Source of the DNA: Idiomarina loihiensis L2TR
GTDB lineage: Bacteria > Pseudomonadota > Gammaproteobacteria > Enterobacterales > Alteromonadaceae
DNA: 32,000 nt
Reading direction: 5' to 3'
Assembly (NCBI RefSeq): GCF_000008465.1
Contig: NC_006512.1
Span: 540,001 to 572,000 of the forward strand
Shown: in pieces, positions 18,131 to 26,155 of the stretch
How the letters are laid out: each line of letters opens with the position of its first letter
Position numbering within the stretch: the stretch's first letter is position 1
Position numbers and translations under genes: made by a program
The notes under the pieces: model-generated
What the model was told of the DNA's origin: nothing
Databases searched by the model: none
The model's input: the letters and a program-made list of their open reading frames with translations, nothing else

Positions 18131-18316
18131 TTAAGCGGTGAGCTCCTGCTCTTTGCGTTTCTGATTAATTTTCTTCTGTAATTCGCGCAACACAGCATCG
18201 TTATTTTCGTCGATGCGTCCAATAATCGCTTGGCGAACTTTTTCGTTGGCTAAGTTTACCGACAACATTCCATTGTTATCTATAACCACCGTTGGTTGTT
18301 TTACGGGAACTGTCAT
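18131..18316 (-). CDS. Hypothetical 61-aa protein, first gene of the minus-strand operon
   Basis: GGGAGG RBS lies 5 nt before the ATG. The C-terminus is a charged helix (LRELQKKINQKRKEQE). A TGnTATACT extended -10-like box is at 18354-18362 on the minus strand. Confidence 0.5.
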   Translation of the reverse strand: MTVPVKQPTVVIDNNGMLSVNLANEKVRQAIIGRIDENNDAVLRELQKKINQKRKEQELTA

Positions 18317-18415
18317 AGAACCTCCCTCAATGAGCTTGTTTTGGATTAAACAAAGTATAGCAGATTTTTGAAAAATGCGAGTCTAGTAGCTTTCTTTGAA
18401 AAATTCAGCGTCAAC

Positions 18416-18459
18416 TTTCAATCAGCCGAAGCTTTACTTTCAATTAGCCGCAACTAAAA
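18416..18459 (+). repeat. Two head-to-tail 22-bp repeats, cores TTTCAATCAGCCG / TTTCAATTAGCCG (array B)
   Basis: Units start at 18416 and 18438, in the same orientation and phasing as arrays A and C. Confidence 0.8.
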
Positions 18460-18547
18460 GCGCACTAAAACCTATAAATGGTAAAACATTAAAACCTAGA
18501 AAACATAACGGGGTGACTGCCGTCAGTCTACAAATTTTAGTGTTATA

Positions 18548-18615
18548 GTTATGTATTAAATGGCATTTAATGCGACAGTTATGTCAAATTATTGTTTTTG
18601 CGCTATAGTTATGTC
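18548..18615 (+). promoter_or_regulatory. Three AGTTATGT direct repeats exactly 30 bp apart, plus an 8-1-8 palindrome, upstream of the Fic gene (candidate operator/promoter)
   Basis: AGTTATGT occurs at 18548, 18578 and 18608; copies 1 and 3 extend to TATAGTTATGT. ATTAAATGgCATTTAAT is at 18556-18572. TATAGT at 18605-18610 could be a -10 box 32 nt before the ATG. Confidence 0.35.
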
Positions 18616-18641
18616 TACTACTAAAAAGCAGCGGGTGCTTT

Positions 18642-20129
18642 ATGGCTGAATTGTATTTCTCAACAACAACAGAACAAAGTCGCGAATTGACTCGCCGGGA
18701 GAAAAAGGGCGAGCTAAAGCGCCTGTATCGGGGAGTTTATACTGATGCTAGTTACGAAGAGTTAACGAGTCTGGTTCTAAGAGACTGGGCTAAGATAGTT
18801 AATTATTTGCTACCTAACGCTATAGCGGCTTATAGAACGGCTCATGAACTACGTCCAGTAGAAGGCACCGTGTTTGTCGCTGATGCCGTGGCGGCGCGCA
18901 GAACCATCGATATTGCGTCCATTTTAACTATTTATATTTGGCCGGGTTCAACCAGCGACCTTGTCGAACCGTTTTTGCCCGAAATGAAGCGCTCCGCACC
19001 AGCTCGTCAGTATTTAGAAAACTTAACGGTGAGTCGCTCTAAAGTAAAAAAGAGCCTGGGCCAAAGTTGGGTGGAGGAGCGCCTGTGTATTGAACTTAAA
19101 CGAACCAATAATGAAGATAGTTTGAATCAGATACGCGACCAAGCACGAGTGTTTGCCAATAGACAGGGGTTTGAAACTGAGTTTGAAAAATTAAATGCTA
19201 TCATAAGCGCTTTGTTGACAACCCATTCAGGTGAATCGATATTAAAAACCGAAGTGGGCATGGCTAGTGCTAAGCAAGAACCGTTTGACGTGCATCGCAT
19301 TGCACTGTTTAAAGACCTGGCCAATTACCTTAAGCGCTGTCAGTTACCCAAATTACCTTATGAATACAATAAGTCTGGTTGGAATCATCTCGCTTTTTTC
19401 GAAAGTTATTTTTCAAATTACATAGAAGGCACAGAGTTTGAGATTGACGAGGCGGAACAAATCGTCTTCCAACGCAGTGAAATTAATAATCGACATGCAG
19501 ACAGTCATGATGTTCTTTCTATCTACGACCAGGTGGTCGACTACCAAGGCATGAGCATTACACCCGAAACACCTGACGAACTAATTAAAAGTCTGCAGCG
19601 CCGTCACTTCGAATTTTTGTTTGAGCGCCCCGACAAAAACCCCGGGCGATTTAAATCGAAAGTAAACAAAGCCGGTAGCAGCACTTTTGTAAGCCCAGAT
19701 GATGTCGTAGGCACACTAACGCAGGCATTTTCCATTTATAAGTCTGTGCCTGAGGGGCTAGCCAGAGCCATATTCTTGCAATTTTTAGTGTCAGAATGTC
19801 ATCCATTTGACGACGGTAACGGCCGGCTGTCACGTATAATGATGAATGCTGAGCTGCACGCAGCAGGCGAATACAAACTGATAGTACCGACAGTGCATCG
19901 AGACAGTTACTTAAACGGCCTTAGAAAAGCCACTCGCGATAGAAACTTTAAAACCCTGGTAAAAGTGTTCTACCAACTGCAACGCTATACCGCATCTATA
20001 GACTGGGCGGACTATGGTGAAGCAAGAGATACGATCGAAGCGCATAAAGCCCATTTGTTACCTGATGAAGGCATTGCTGATTTTAACCGGCAGATTCGGC
20101 AATACCGGTTTACTCCGCCGGTCACGTAG
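18642..20129 (+). CDS. Fic-family protein (AMPylase-type) with an internal inhibitory-helix motif and a long N-terminal extension
   Basis: Canonical Fic motif HPFDDGNGRLSR. The upstream SNYIEG fits the (S/T)xxxE(G/N) autoinhibition motif. The N-terminus ..KKGELKRLYRGVYTD resembles AbiEi-type wHTH antitoxin N-termini. The stop TAG is supplied by the GTAG of the following REP. Confidence 0.88.
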   Translation: MAELYFSTTTEQSRELTRREKKGELKRLYRGVYTDASYEELTSLVLRDWAKIVNYLLPNAIAAYRTAHELRPVEGTVFVADAVAARRTIDIASILTIYIWPGSTSDLVEPFLPEMKRSAPARQYLENLTVSRSKVKKSLGQSWVEERLCIELKRTNNEDSLNQIRDQARVFANRQGFETEFEKLNAIISALLTTHSGESILKTEVGMASAKQEPFDVHRIALFKDLANYLKRCQLPKLPYEYNKSGWNHLAFFESYFSNYIEGTEFEIDEAEQIVFQRSEINNRHADSHDVLSIYDQVVDYQGMSITPETPDELIKSLQRRHFEFLFERPDKNPGRFKSKVNKAGSSTFVSPDDVVGTLTQAFSIYKSVPEGLARAIFLQFLVSECHPFDDGNGRLSRIMMNAELHAAGEYKLIVPTVHRDSYLNGLRKATRDRNFKTLVKVFYQLQRYTASIDWADYGEARDTIEAHKAHLLPDEGIADFNRQIRQYRFTPPVT

Positions 20130-20181
20130 CCTGACACTTGTGTCAGGTGAGCTCTCGTTCCTGGCACAAGAGCCAGGCTAC
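20126..20181. repeat. REPIN-like element (subfamily CCTGACACTTGTGTCAGG) with a degenerate second arm
   Basis: gtagcctgacacttgtgtcagg + spacer + cctggcacaagagccaggctac. Confidence 0.75.
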
Positions 20182-20285
20182 ACAAACAGACGGAAAGCTA
20201 TTATCGAAAGATGTTTGATATCAATCCATTTTCTTTCGAGAAAGTCGTTTTCTGACACTTAAATCTACAATTACCTGTTATTTAA

Positions 20286-20329
20286 TTTCAATTGGACGGA
20301 GCCAAACTTTCAATCAGCCGCGATGCAAG
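20286..20329 (+). repeat. Two head-to-tail 22-bp repeats, cores TTTCAATTGGACG / TTTCAATCAGCCG (array C)
   Basis: Units start at 20286 and 20308. This array combines the core variants seen in arrays A and B. Confidence 0.8.
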
Positions 20330-20466
20330 CTGTCGTAGTCACTCCATAAACTCCTTGCAATCTTTACAAAACTTTTGCACTGTCTGTTTCTCTAGAATGT
20401 TAATAAAGTCCCAATTGATGTCACGGATAGGCTTTTACCGCCTAATATTATTTAAAAGGAATTTCA

Positions 20467-22932
20467 ATGAGTTGTGCAGCAGTTGGTGAGTTTATGGCTC
20501 ACCTGATCATATCCGACGAACATATTCATGCTGACCAAATTGTTATGCTCAGAGAGTTTATTGAATTATATGGTTTGGAGAATGATCAGGAGAAAATCTT
20601 CAAAGTATTAGAAGGAAAAGGAGAGGAGAGACTCCCTCAGCTTTATAAAGAATTAGAGCAACTCAGTAAGAAAGAACAAGAAATACTGATTGAAAACTCA
20701 GCCGCAATTGTCGGTTTTAATCGACATTTTGCAAAGCAAGAAAAGCAGGTAATCGCTACTCTATGCAAAGCTGCAAACATAGAGCCGTCAGAACTAATCG
20801 CCGCTGTAAATGACATTATCGAAAACTCGACAAGAGCCTTTAATGACAGGCTCGCTTCACCTGAGATCCAGGATAAATACAGTACGGTAAGCTTAAAGGT
20901 TCGTCGATTTTTTTCGAGGGGAGCCAAGCGAGAATACTTAACGACGAAAATAAAAGAAAGTGAACTGTCAGGGCCTGAGTATGGCAACGCAATAAAGAAG
21001 ACCGGTGAAATAGCAGAGAAGGACTGTCAGCTGGTTGAAGCTGAGCTTTCCAAAATCTTCTCCGCCTTAGAAAGCACCCGCAATGAATTTCAAAGCGTTA
21101 TCAAAGAGAACTCGATAGATAGAAACAAAGCCAGCGAAGACGAAGTTAATTTCCACACCTTTCTCGTTGATTTAAATGACCGGCTTGATAAGCAAGCAAA
21201 AGAAAGCAATGAAGAGTTAAAAGACCTGGTGGATAAGAAACGCCGGGCAAAAAATGCTTTTACTATCGCTCTTATGGGCAGAACAAAGGCGGGAAAGAGC
21301 ACTCTGCACTATGTTATGACCGGCGAAGGTAAAGAGTTTATAGGCGTAGGAGCTGAGCGGACAACCCGGTTTAATCGAGTTTACGAATGGGAAAACTTGA
21401 AACTAATTGACACCCCAGGTATTGGAGCTGCCGAAGCCGGGGGCCGCTCAGATGAAGAAATTGCGTTAAGCGTTGTGGATACCGCCGATGTTATTTGCTA
21501 CGTAGTAACGAGCGACTCAGTTCAAGAAGTGGAATTCAAGTTTTTATCTCAAATCCGTAATAGTAATAAGCCCGTTTTTGTTCTTCTGAACTACAAAGAG
21601 AATATAGAGTCGCCACCGCCTCAATATAAAAAGTTTGTCAAATCTCCACTGCACTGGTTTTCTCGTGACGATGAGAAAAATATACAAGGAACTGTTAACC
21701 GCATAAAGCGAGGCATCGAATCGTACTATGATGGTAACTCCGTCACGATAGTTCCTGTTCACCTAATGGCAGCAAAAATGGCAATGGATGATCGCTGCAA
21801 AGCTGACAAGACAGCTTTCCGCAGCGGTTCGCGAGTTGATAACTTTTTTAATGAAATCCGTGAAAACGTTATTGAATTAGGTCAACTAAGAAAGTCACAG
21901 ACGCTGCTTGATAATACGGCTTGCCGCTTGTGCCGAATGTTGTCTGTGGTTAGAGAAAAGCAAGAGAGCTCAGTAAAAGTAGCGAAGGATATAGAGAACA
22001 AACAGCAAAAACTTTTAAAGTTAATTGATAAGCAAGTAAAGAAAAATAAATCTGCATTTATTAGAGAACTCAAGCTTACTATGGAAAGCGAGCATGGTTC
22101 AGCTAAAGACTTTGCATCAGAAAACTATAAAGGCAAAAAGAAGGATATTGAACGCAACTGGAAAAAAGAAGCAGAGCGAATTGACCAGCAGTTGAAGGAA
22201 AAACTGGAAGTAAAATTGAAAGACTCGGCCGCTGTAGTCCAAGAAGCCGTAAATGAAGCAATGGAGGACATCGCGATAGGTTTTGACGCCATAAGAGAAG
22301 CGGACTTCGATGAGCAAAGTACGTTTAATACAAGTCGCTTGATGTCAGCTCTGGGAGCGTTAATGTCTACAGGTGGCGGAGCTGCCCTTATTATAATTGG
22401 TTCAATGTCGACTCCCGCAGGTTGGGTCGCAGCCGGATTCGTGGTTGTAGGGATATTCGCTGGTTTTTGCTCAGGCCTGGTAAAGTCGAAAGAGCGAAAA
22501 AGAAAAGAGGCTATTGATGCAATTCTTAAGCAAGCCAATAAAAACTTAGATGACCTGGAGCAAAGTTACACCGAGCAAGTGGATAAACTTTTTGAAGAGT
22601 TTCATGAAAAAGCCTCCAGACAATTATCTAGGGTGTTGTCTCGCGTGTCGGAGCAGTACCGAAACTCTGCAAATCTGCTTACACCGTATTGTAACTCGCT
22701 AAACAACGCCATTAATGAACTGAACCAACAGTTTGCTGTTCGCATCATTGAGTTCGCACGTGACGAGCAACTTCCCGAAGAGCGTATTGGTGAGTTAAAA
22801 GTCACTCGTGACTTAGGTAAGAAAACCGAAATTGAGACTAGTTTAAGGATTTCAGAGCAGGGCATACAAAGAGCGGAAAAAGCATTAAGAGAAAAACTAA
22901 CGGTAAAAACATTGGCAAAAGGTGTGCAATGA
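20467..22932 (+). CDS. Dynamin-like large GTPase with a TerB-like N-terminal domain and a C-proximal membrane hairpin
   Basis: G1 GRTKAGKST (nt 21277-21300), G3 DTPGIG and a G4-like NYKE are present, with long coiled-coil stalk segments. A hydrophobic hairpin ALGALMSTGGGAALIIIGSMSTPAGWVAAGFVVVGIFAGFCSGLV is encoded at about 22342-22482. The N-terminal ~130 aa has two TerB-like acidic helical repeats (AHLIISDEHIHADQIVMLREFI ; AAIVGFNRHFAKQEKQVIATLCKAANI). AGGA lies 7 nt before ATG 20467. Confidence 0.75.
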   Translation: MSCAAVGEFMAHLIISDEHIHADQIVMLREFIELYGLENDQEKIFKVLEGKGEERLPQLYKELEQLSKKEQEILIENSAAIVGFNRHFAKQEKQVIATLCKAANIEPSELIAAVNDIIENSTRAFNDRLASPEIQDKYSTVSLKVRRFFSRGAKREYLTTKIKESELSGPEYGNAIKKTGEIAEKDCQLVEAELSKIFSALESTRNEFQSVIKENSIDRNKASEDEVNFHTFLVDLNDRLDKQAKESNEELKDLVDKKRRAKNAFTIALMGRTKAGKSTLHYVMTGEGKEFIGVGAERTTRFNRVYEWENLKLIDTPGIGAAEAGGRSDEEIALSVVDTADVICYVVTSDSVQEVEFKFLSQIRNSNKPVFVLLNYKENIESPPPQYKKFVKSPLHWFSRDDEKNIQGTVNRIKRGIESYYDGNSVTIVPVHLMAAKMAMDDRCKADKTAFRSGSRVDNFFNEIRENVIELGQLRKSQTLLDNTACRLCRMLSVVREKQESSVKVAKDIENKQQKLLKLIDKQVKKNKSAFIRELKLTMESEHGSAKDFASENYKGKKKDIERNWKKEAERIDQQLKEKLEVKLKDSAAVVQEAVNEAMEDIAIGFDAIREADFDEQSTFNTSRLMSALGALMSTGGGAALIIIGSMSTPAGWVAAGFVVVGIFAGFCSGLVKSKERKRKEAIDAILKQANKNLDDLEQSYTEQVDKLFEEFHEKASRQLSRVLSRVSEQYRNSANLLTPYCNSLNNAINELNQQFAVRIIEFARDEQLPEERIGELKVTRDLGKKTEIETSLRISEQGIQRAEKALREKLTVKTLAKGVQ

Positions 22933-24596
22933 ACTTCTCAGAGAAAGCAGAAAGAATTACCTCACTAAAGACTCAAGTGTTCGAGGTATTAAATGAGTAT
23001 CCGGGCTACGAAAACCTGCGGAATAAGCTAAGTTCGGAGCTAGATGAAAAAGAACAAGACTCAAAACTTCGCCTTGTTTTCGCGGGCCAGTATAGCTCAG
23101 GTAAGTCTTCTATTATCTCGGCACTAACAGATAATAAAAGCATAAAAATAGACTCCGACATTGCGACGGATAAGTCTGAGGATTACGAGTGGCGATCGGT
23201 TACGTTAACCGACACTCCCGGGATATCAGCGGGCCGACCTGATCACGATAAGGTTACTCACCAAAGAATCCAGCATGCGGACATACTTGTTTATGTGGTC
23301 ACATACTCGCTATTCGACAATGTTCTTATAGAAGACTTTAAAAGGCTGGCGATTGATTACAACTACAAGCACAAAATGGTTTTAGTCGTTAATAAAATGT
23401 ATTCGGAGGAAGGCGAGTATGACCAGCTGTGTGAGACTTACCTCAAAAATTTAGAGCAACAGATAGGAAAAGAAACGATTCAGCTTATGCCTGTGGCATT
23501 TGTGTCTTCGGGTAATGCTTTGGAGGAGGATGCCGATTTTCATCCCTATGGTCATATGGATGACTTAGTAAAGTTGCTTGATGACATGATAGAAAAGAAT
23601 CAGTCGTTAGCAGGTGTTGAGGCTGTAGCTCAAATTATCGCTACACACATAGAAGACGAGCTGGCTACTAAGGTGGAAGGCACAACGAAGGAAGAGCAAT
23701 TACTTTTACAGCGCATTGAAAGAGTGATCTCTCAAATTAAAAAGGACGCCGAATCGGCACTGAGAGAAGAAGCCTCAAGAATAAAAGCATTAGCTAAAAG
23801 CATGGGCAGCGAAAATGCTTTAAATGTTGGAACTAGCGAGACACTAGAAGAGGATGTACAAGCGTCCTCTGAACTGCTTAACACAGAAGCACATAACGCA
23901 TTTGATAATTTGACAGCACGTTTTGATGAACTGGATAAAGAGCTTGATAGTGAATTGTCGGAGCTAAATGACAGCAACTTAGCTGAACAGTTTTTCATGA
24001 GGTTTGAAGAAAATTCCTCCGAGAATTCGCTAGGCGAGACTCCCGATATTGGCGATGCCGCTGATTTTGCCGTAGCGAATCAGCTGTCAGCGTTACTAGG
24101 TCGTGGGAGCGGAGCTGTCGCCAGTAAGGCTATGGGCGCAAAAGCGGGTGCCGGCTTGCTTAAAGCGAGCGGAGCCTCAGGTAGTTCAGTTCACCAAACG
24201 GTATTGCAAGTGGGTAAAGCTTTGGGAGTTAAATTTCAGCCGTGGCAGGCAGTTAATATCGCCAAAAACATCGGTAATGTGGCTAAAGTATTAGGCCCTA
24301 TTATGGCGGCATTGCCGATTATATTTGAAGGCATCGATATTTATAATGAAGAAAAAAGAGAGAAAAAAATAGCAGAAGCTCGCAGGAATATCCGCGAACA
24401 GTTTCAAGATGCAGGTGACCAGATAACCCAGCAAATGAAAGACTCCGCAGGCGAGTTTATAACTGCAAAGTATGGTCAGCTATTAGAGGAAATTAGTAAG
24501 CTACGGCGCGCCAGAATCAATGAAGCGCAAAATTTAGAAACTTGTGGTCAGAAGCTAAAGTCACTCTCCAATAGCCTTCGTGAAGTTTTGGTTTGA
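22929..24596 (+). CDS. Second dynamin-like GTPase, translationally coupled to the first
   Basis: ATGA overlap at 22929-22932. G1 GQYSSGKSS (nt 23085-23108), G3 DTPGIS and G4 NKMY are present. It has a helical stalk and a Gly/Ala-rich hydrophobic segment (GRGSGAVASKAMGAKAGAGLLKASGASGSS ... VLGPIMAALPIIFEGI). Confidence 0.75.
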   Translation: MNFSEKAERITSLKTQVFEVLNEYPGYENLRNKLSSELDEKEQDSKLRLVFAGQYSSGKSSIISALTDNKSIKIDSDIATDKSEDYEWRSVTLTDTPGISAGRPDHDKVTHQRIQHADILVYVVTYSLFDNVLIEDFKRLAIDYNYKHKMVLVVNKMYSEEGEYDQLCETYLKNLEQQIGKETIQLMPVAFVSSGNALEEDADFHPYGHMDDLVKLLDDMIEKNQSLAGVEAVAQIIATHIEDELATKVEGTTKEEQLLLQRIERVISQIKKDAESALREEASRIKALAKSMGSENALNVGTSETLEEDVQASSELLNTEAHNAFDNLTARFDELDKELDSELSELNDSNLAEQFFMRFEENSSENSLGETPDIGDAADFAVANQLSALLGRGSGAVASKAMGAKAGAGLLKASGASGSSVHQTVLQVGKALGVKFQPWQAVNIAKNIGNVAKVLGPIMAALPIIFEGIDIYNEEKREKKIAEARRNIREQFQDAGDQITQQMKDSAGEFITAKYGQLLEEISKLRRARINEAQNLETCGQKLKSLSNSLREVLV

Positions 24597-24617
24597 GTTA
24601 GGGCTTTTCATGTCTGT

Positions 24618-24650
24618 ACGCTCCTGGACGTTATTCAGATCCAGGAGCGT
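24618..24650. terminator. Bidirectional hairpin between convergent GTPase genes
   Basis: acgctcctgga (24618-24628) pairs perfectly with tccaggagcgt (24640-24650) around an 11-nt loop. Confidence 0.6.
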
Positions 24651-24660
24651 TATTCACACT

Positions 24661-25941
24661 TTAAGCTAAATCAAGGCAGTCAGAGTCTTTTCCTAATTTT
24701 TCTGATAAAAAGTTGCGAAGAAAACCAAGCACTTCGTCTCCACCAATGGCCTTTTCCATCAATCTGGGATCTGGGTCAAAAGCGGTTTCAAAAACGGCTT
24801 TTATCAAAGAGCTTTTGCCAGAATTAAGCTCAAGGCGTTCATTAATACTATTAATCAGAGCTTCTTTATCCGCATCATTTTTCGGCGTATCTACTTTATT
24901 AATGCATAAAACAACCGGACGATTATAGCGTTTTAGCTTTTCAAAGGTTTCTAGCTCTGTACCTGTAATACCGCGTTGAATATCAACCACCCAAACAAAC
25001 ACGTCGGTGTGAATTAAGTAGTCTGCAGTGTTCTCATTCACCTCATGCTCGCTGTCATGGAAACCGGCATAGTTCATAACGGTTGCGGCTTCGTTAAGTG
25101 CATAGGCTTCAGCTTTACTCGTTGAACCGGGTACGGCACTAACATTATTTGTATCAACGCCAAACGTTTCACGAATTAACGAGTCTTTGCCGCACGAACC
25201 TTCACCCACAATGCCAATATTAACTCTTTTTTCTGCCAGTTGACGCAACATAGCTATTTGCACAACCGCGGGTATGGTTTTCCGGTAAGCCGGGCCTGCA
25301 AGGTCAAAAGCAAGCCAGAGTCCTGAAGCAAACCAGCCTACAGGGCCTAAAGCCACGCCAATTGTTCGGGTTACCAGAATATTTCCGCCGAAGGTTAAGC
25401 CTCTGTTGAGTAATGCTCTGGCAATATAGTTGGCAATAATGACCGCCATTCTATAAGTGCTGAAGCCTAGCGAACGTAGCCCCAGCTGAGTTCCCATGAC
25501 CGATAGTGCGGCTGGTATTTTCGTGGTTTCGTAACCAAACTCTAATAAAAGTTCGGACTTCTCTTCTTCACTCATTTCAGCTACTGCATCTGCGAACAGC
25601 TTGCCAATAATGAGATCTTCGTTTTCCTTAGCTAAGTTGGTTTTACTCACATCGGCTTTTAGCTTTAAACCCACGTCATACACAATTTCACTGTAGTAAG
25701 AAGGCTCCGTAAAGACAGACTTCAAACTGTTGCTACCAGCGTCTCTCAAGTCATTGATGAGTTGTTCTGCATGCTGTTCTTTTACAAAGTAATTTGCCGT
25801 ATTACCTGTTTGTTGCTGAGCCTCACGTGCTGCGATTCCAATTGAGCGCTGCAGGTCTTTATCAACTTTTAGATACTCTACTAAAGGTAAAATGTCGGCG
25901 TAATGTGTTTTACACAGTGTTTCTACTGGATGATTATTCAT
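24661..25941 (-). CDS. Fusion protein: YaaW/UPF0174-like N-terminal domain plus a C-terminal Era/MMR_HSR1-type small GTPase with atypical G motifs
   Basis: The N-terminal half (..YSEIVYDVGLKLKADVS.. ; ..GPAYRKTIPAVVQIAMLRQ) resembles E. coli YaaW as recalled (..AYRVTIPAVLQIACLRR). The C-terminal half has G1 GEGSCGKDS (Asp where Ser/Thr is expected), a G3 position NYAG (Asn for Asp) and G4 NKVD. AAGGA lies 7 nt before the ATG. Confidence 0.65.
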   Translation of the reverse strand: MNNHPVETLCKTHYADILPLVEYLKVDKDLQRSIGIAAREAQQQTGNTANYFVKEQHAEQLINDLRDAGSNSLKSVFTEPSYYSEIVYDVGLKLKADVSKTNLAKENEDLIIGKLFADAVAEMSEEEKSELLLEFGYETTKIPAALSVMGTQLGLRSLGFSTYRMAVIIANYIARALLNRGLTFGGNILVTRTIGVALGPVGWFASGLWLAFDLAGPAYRKTIPAVVQIAMLRQLAEKRVNIGIVGEGSCGKDSLIRETFGVDTNNVSAVPGSTSKAEAYALNEAATVMNYAGFHDSEHEVNENTADYLIHTDVFVWVVDIQRGITGTELETFEKLKRYNRPVVLCINKVDTPKNDADKEALINSINERLELNSGKSSLIKAVFETAFDPDPRLMEKAIGGDEVLGFLRNFLSEKLGKDSDCLDLA

Positions 25942-25998
25942 AATTTTTTCCTTGTTTGTTATTTCAGAAACAATCTAGAGATTGCTGATATACATACA

Positions 25999-26013
25999 GC
26001 AACAAAGGTGCCA
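25999..26013 (-). promoter_or_regulatory. Sigma-54 (-24/-12) promoter driving the YaaW-like/GTPase gene
   Basis: The minus strand reads T-TGGCAC-CTTTG-TTGC-T, an exact match to TGGCAC-N5-TTGCW. The -12 GC lies about 58 nt upstream of ATG 25941. An EBP-like gene is encoded divergently. Confidence 0.72.
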
Positions 26014-26155
26014 ACTTTAATTTTTTAAATTAATATATTAAATATCAACATCTTAGCTGTTAATTAGGTTTCATCAGATAAAACCGCGTGTTAATAAATA
26101 TTAATTTAAATTAAGATAATTCAAATCAACTGAAATTTTTTAATTTGAGGCTGGC

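Noticed and set aside
18467-18498. AAAACCTA direct repeat (18467 and 18491) and a small GACTG/CAGTC hairpin upstream of the Fic gene
   Set aside because: These are short, AT-rich and unsupported by any further structure or recurrence. I consider them chance-level.
20162-20167. TGGCAC hexamer that could be a sigma-54 -24 box upstream of the dynamin-like operon
   Set aside because: There is no TTGC at the -12 position (the sequence reads TGGCAC-aagag-CCAG). The hexamer is simply the degenerate second arm of the REPIN at 20126-20181. I found no convincing sigma-54 promoter for the 20467 operon.
20292-20489. 65-aa + strand ORF upstream of the first dynamin-like gene
   Set aside because: It has a non-ATG (TTG) start lying inside repeat array C, no RBS, runs into the start of the 821-aa gene, and has a Cys/Ser/Leu-rich composition. 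I judged it spurious.
4457-24928. Numerous 60-140-aa antisense or nested ORFs in the track (e.g. 4457-4648, 6194-6430, 8367-8657, 15207-15566, 20643-20987, 22125-22538, 23732-23998, 24713-24928)
   Set aside because: Each is embedded in a longer ORF that has recognisable family motifs and sensible start context. They lack RBSs, and many have biased Ser/Leu/Cys-rich compositions typical of antisense frames in AT-rich genes.
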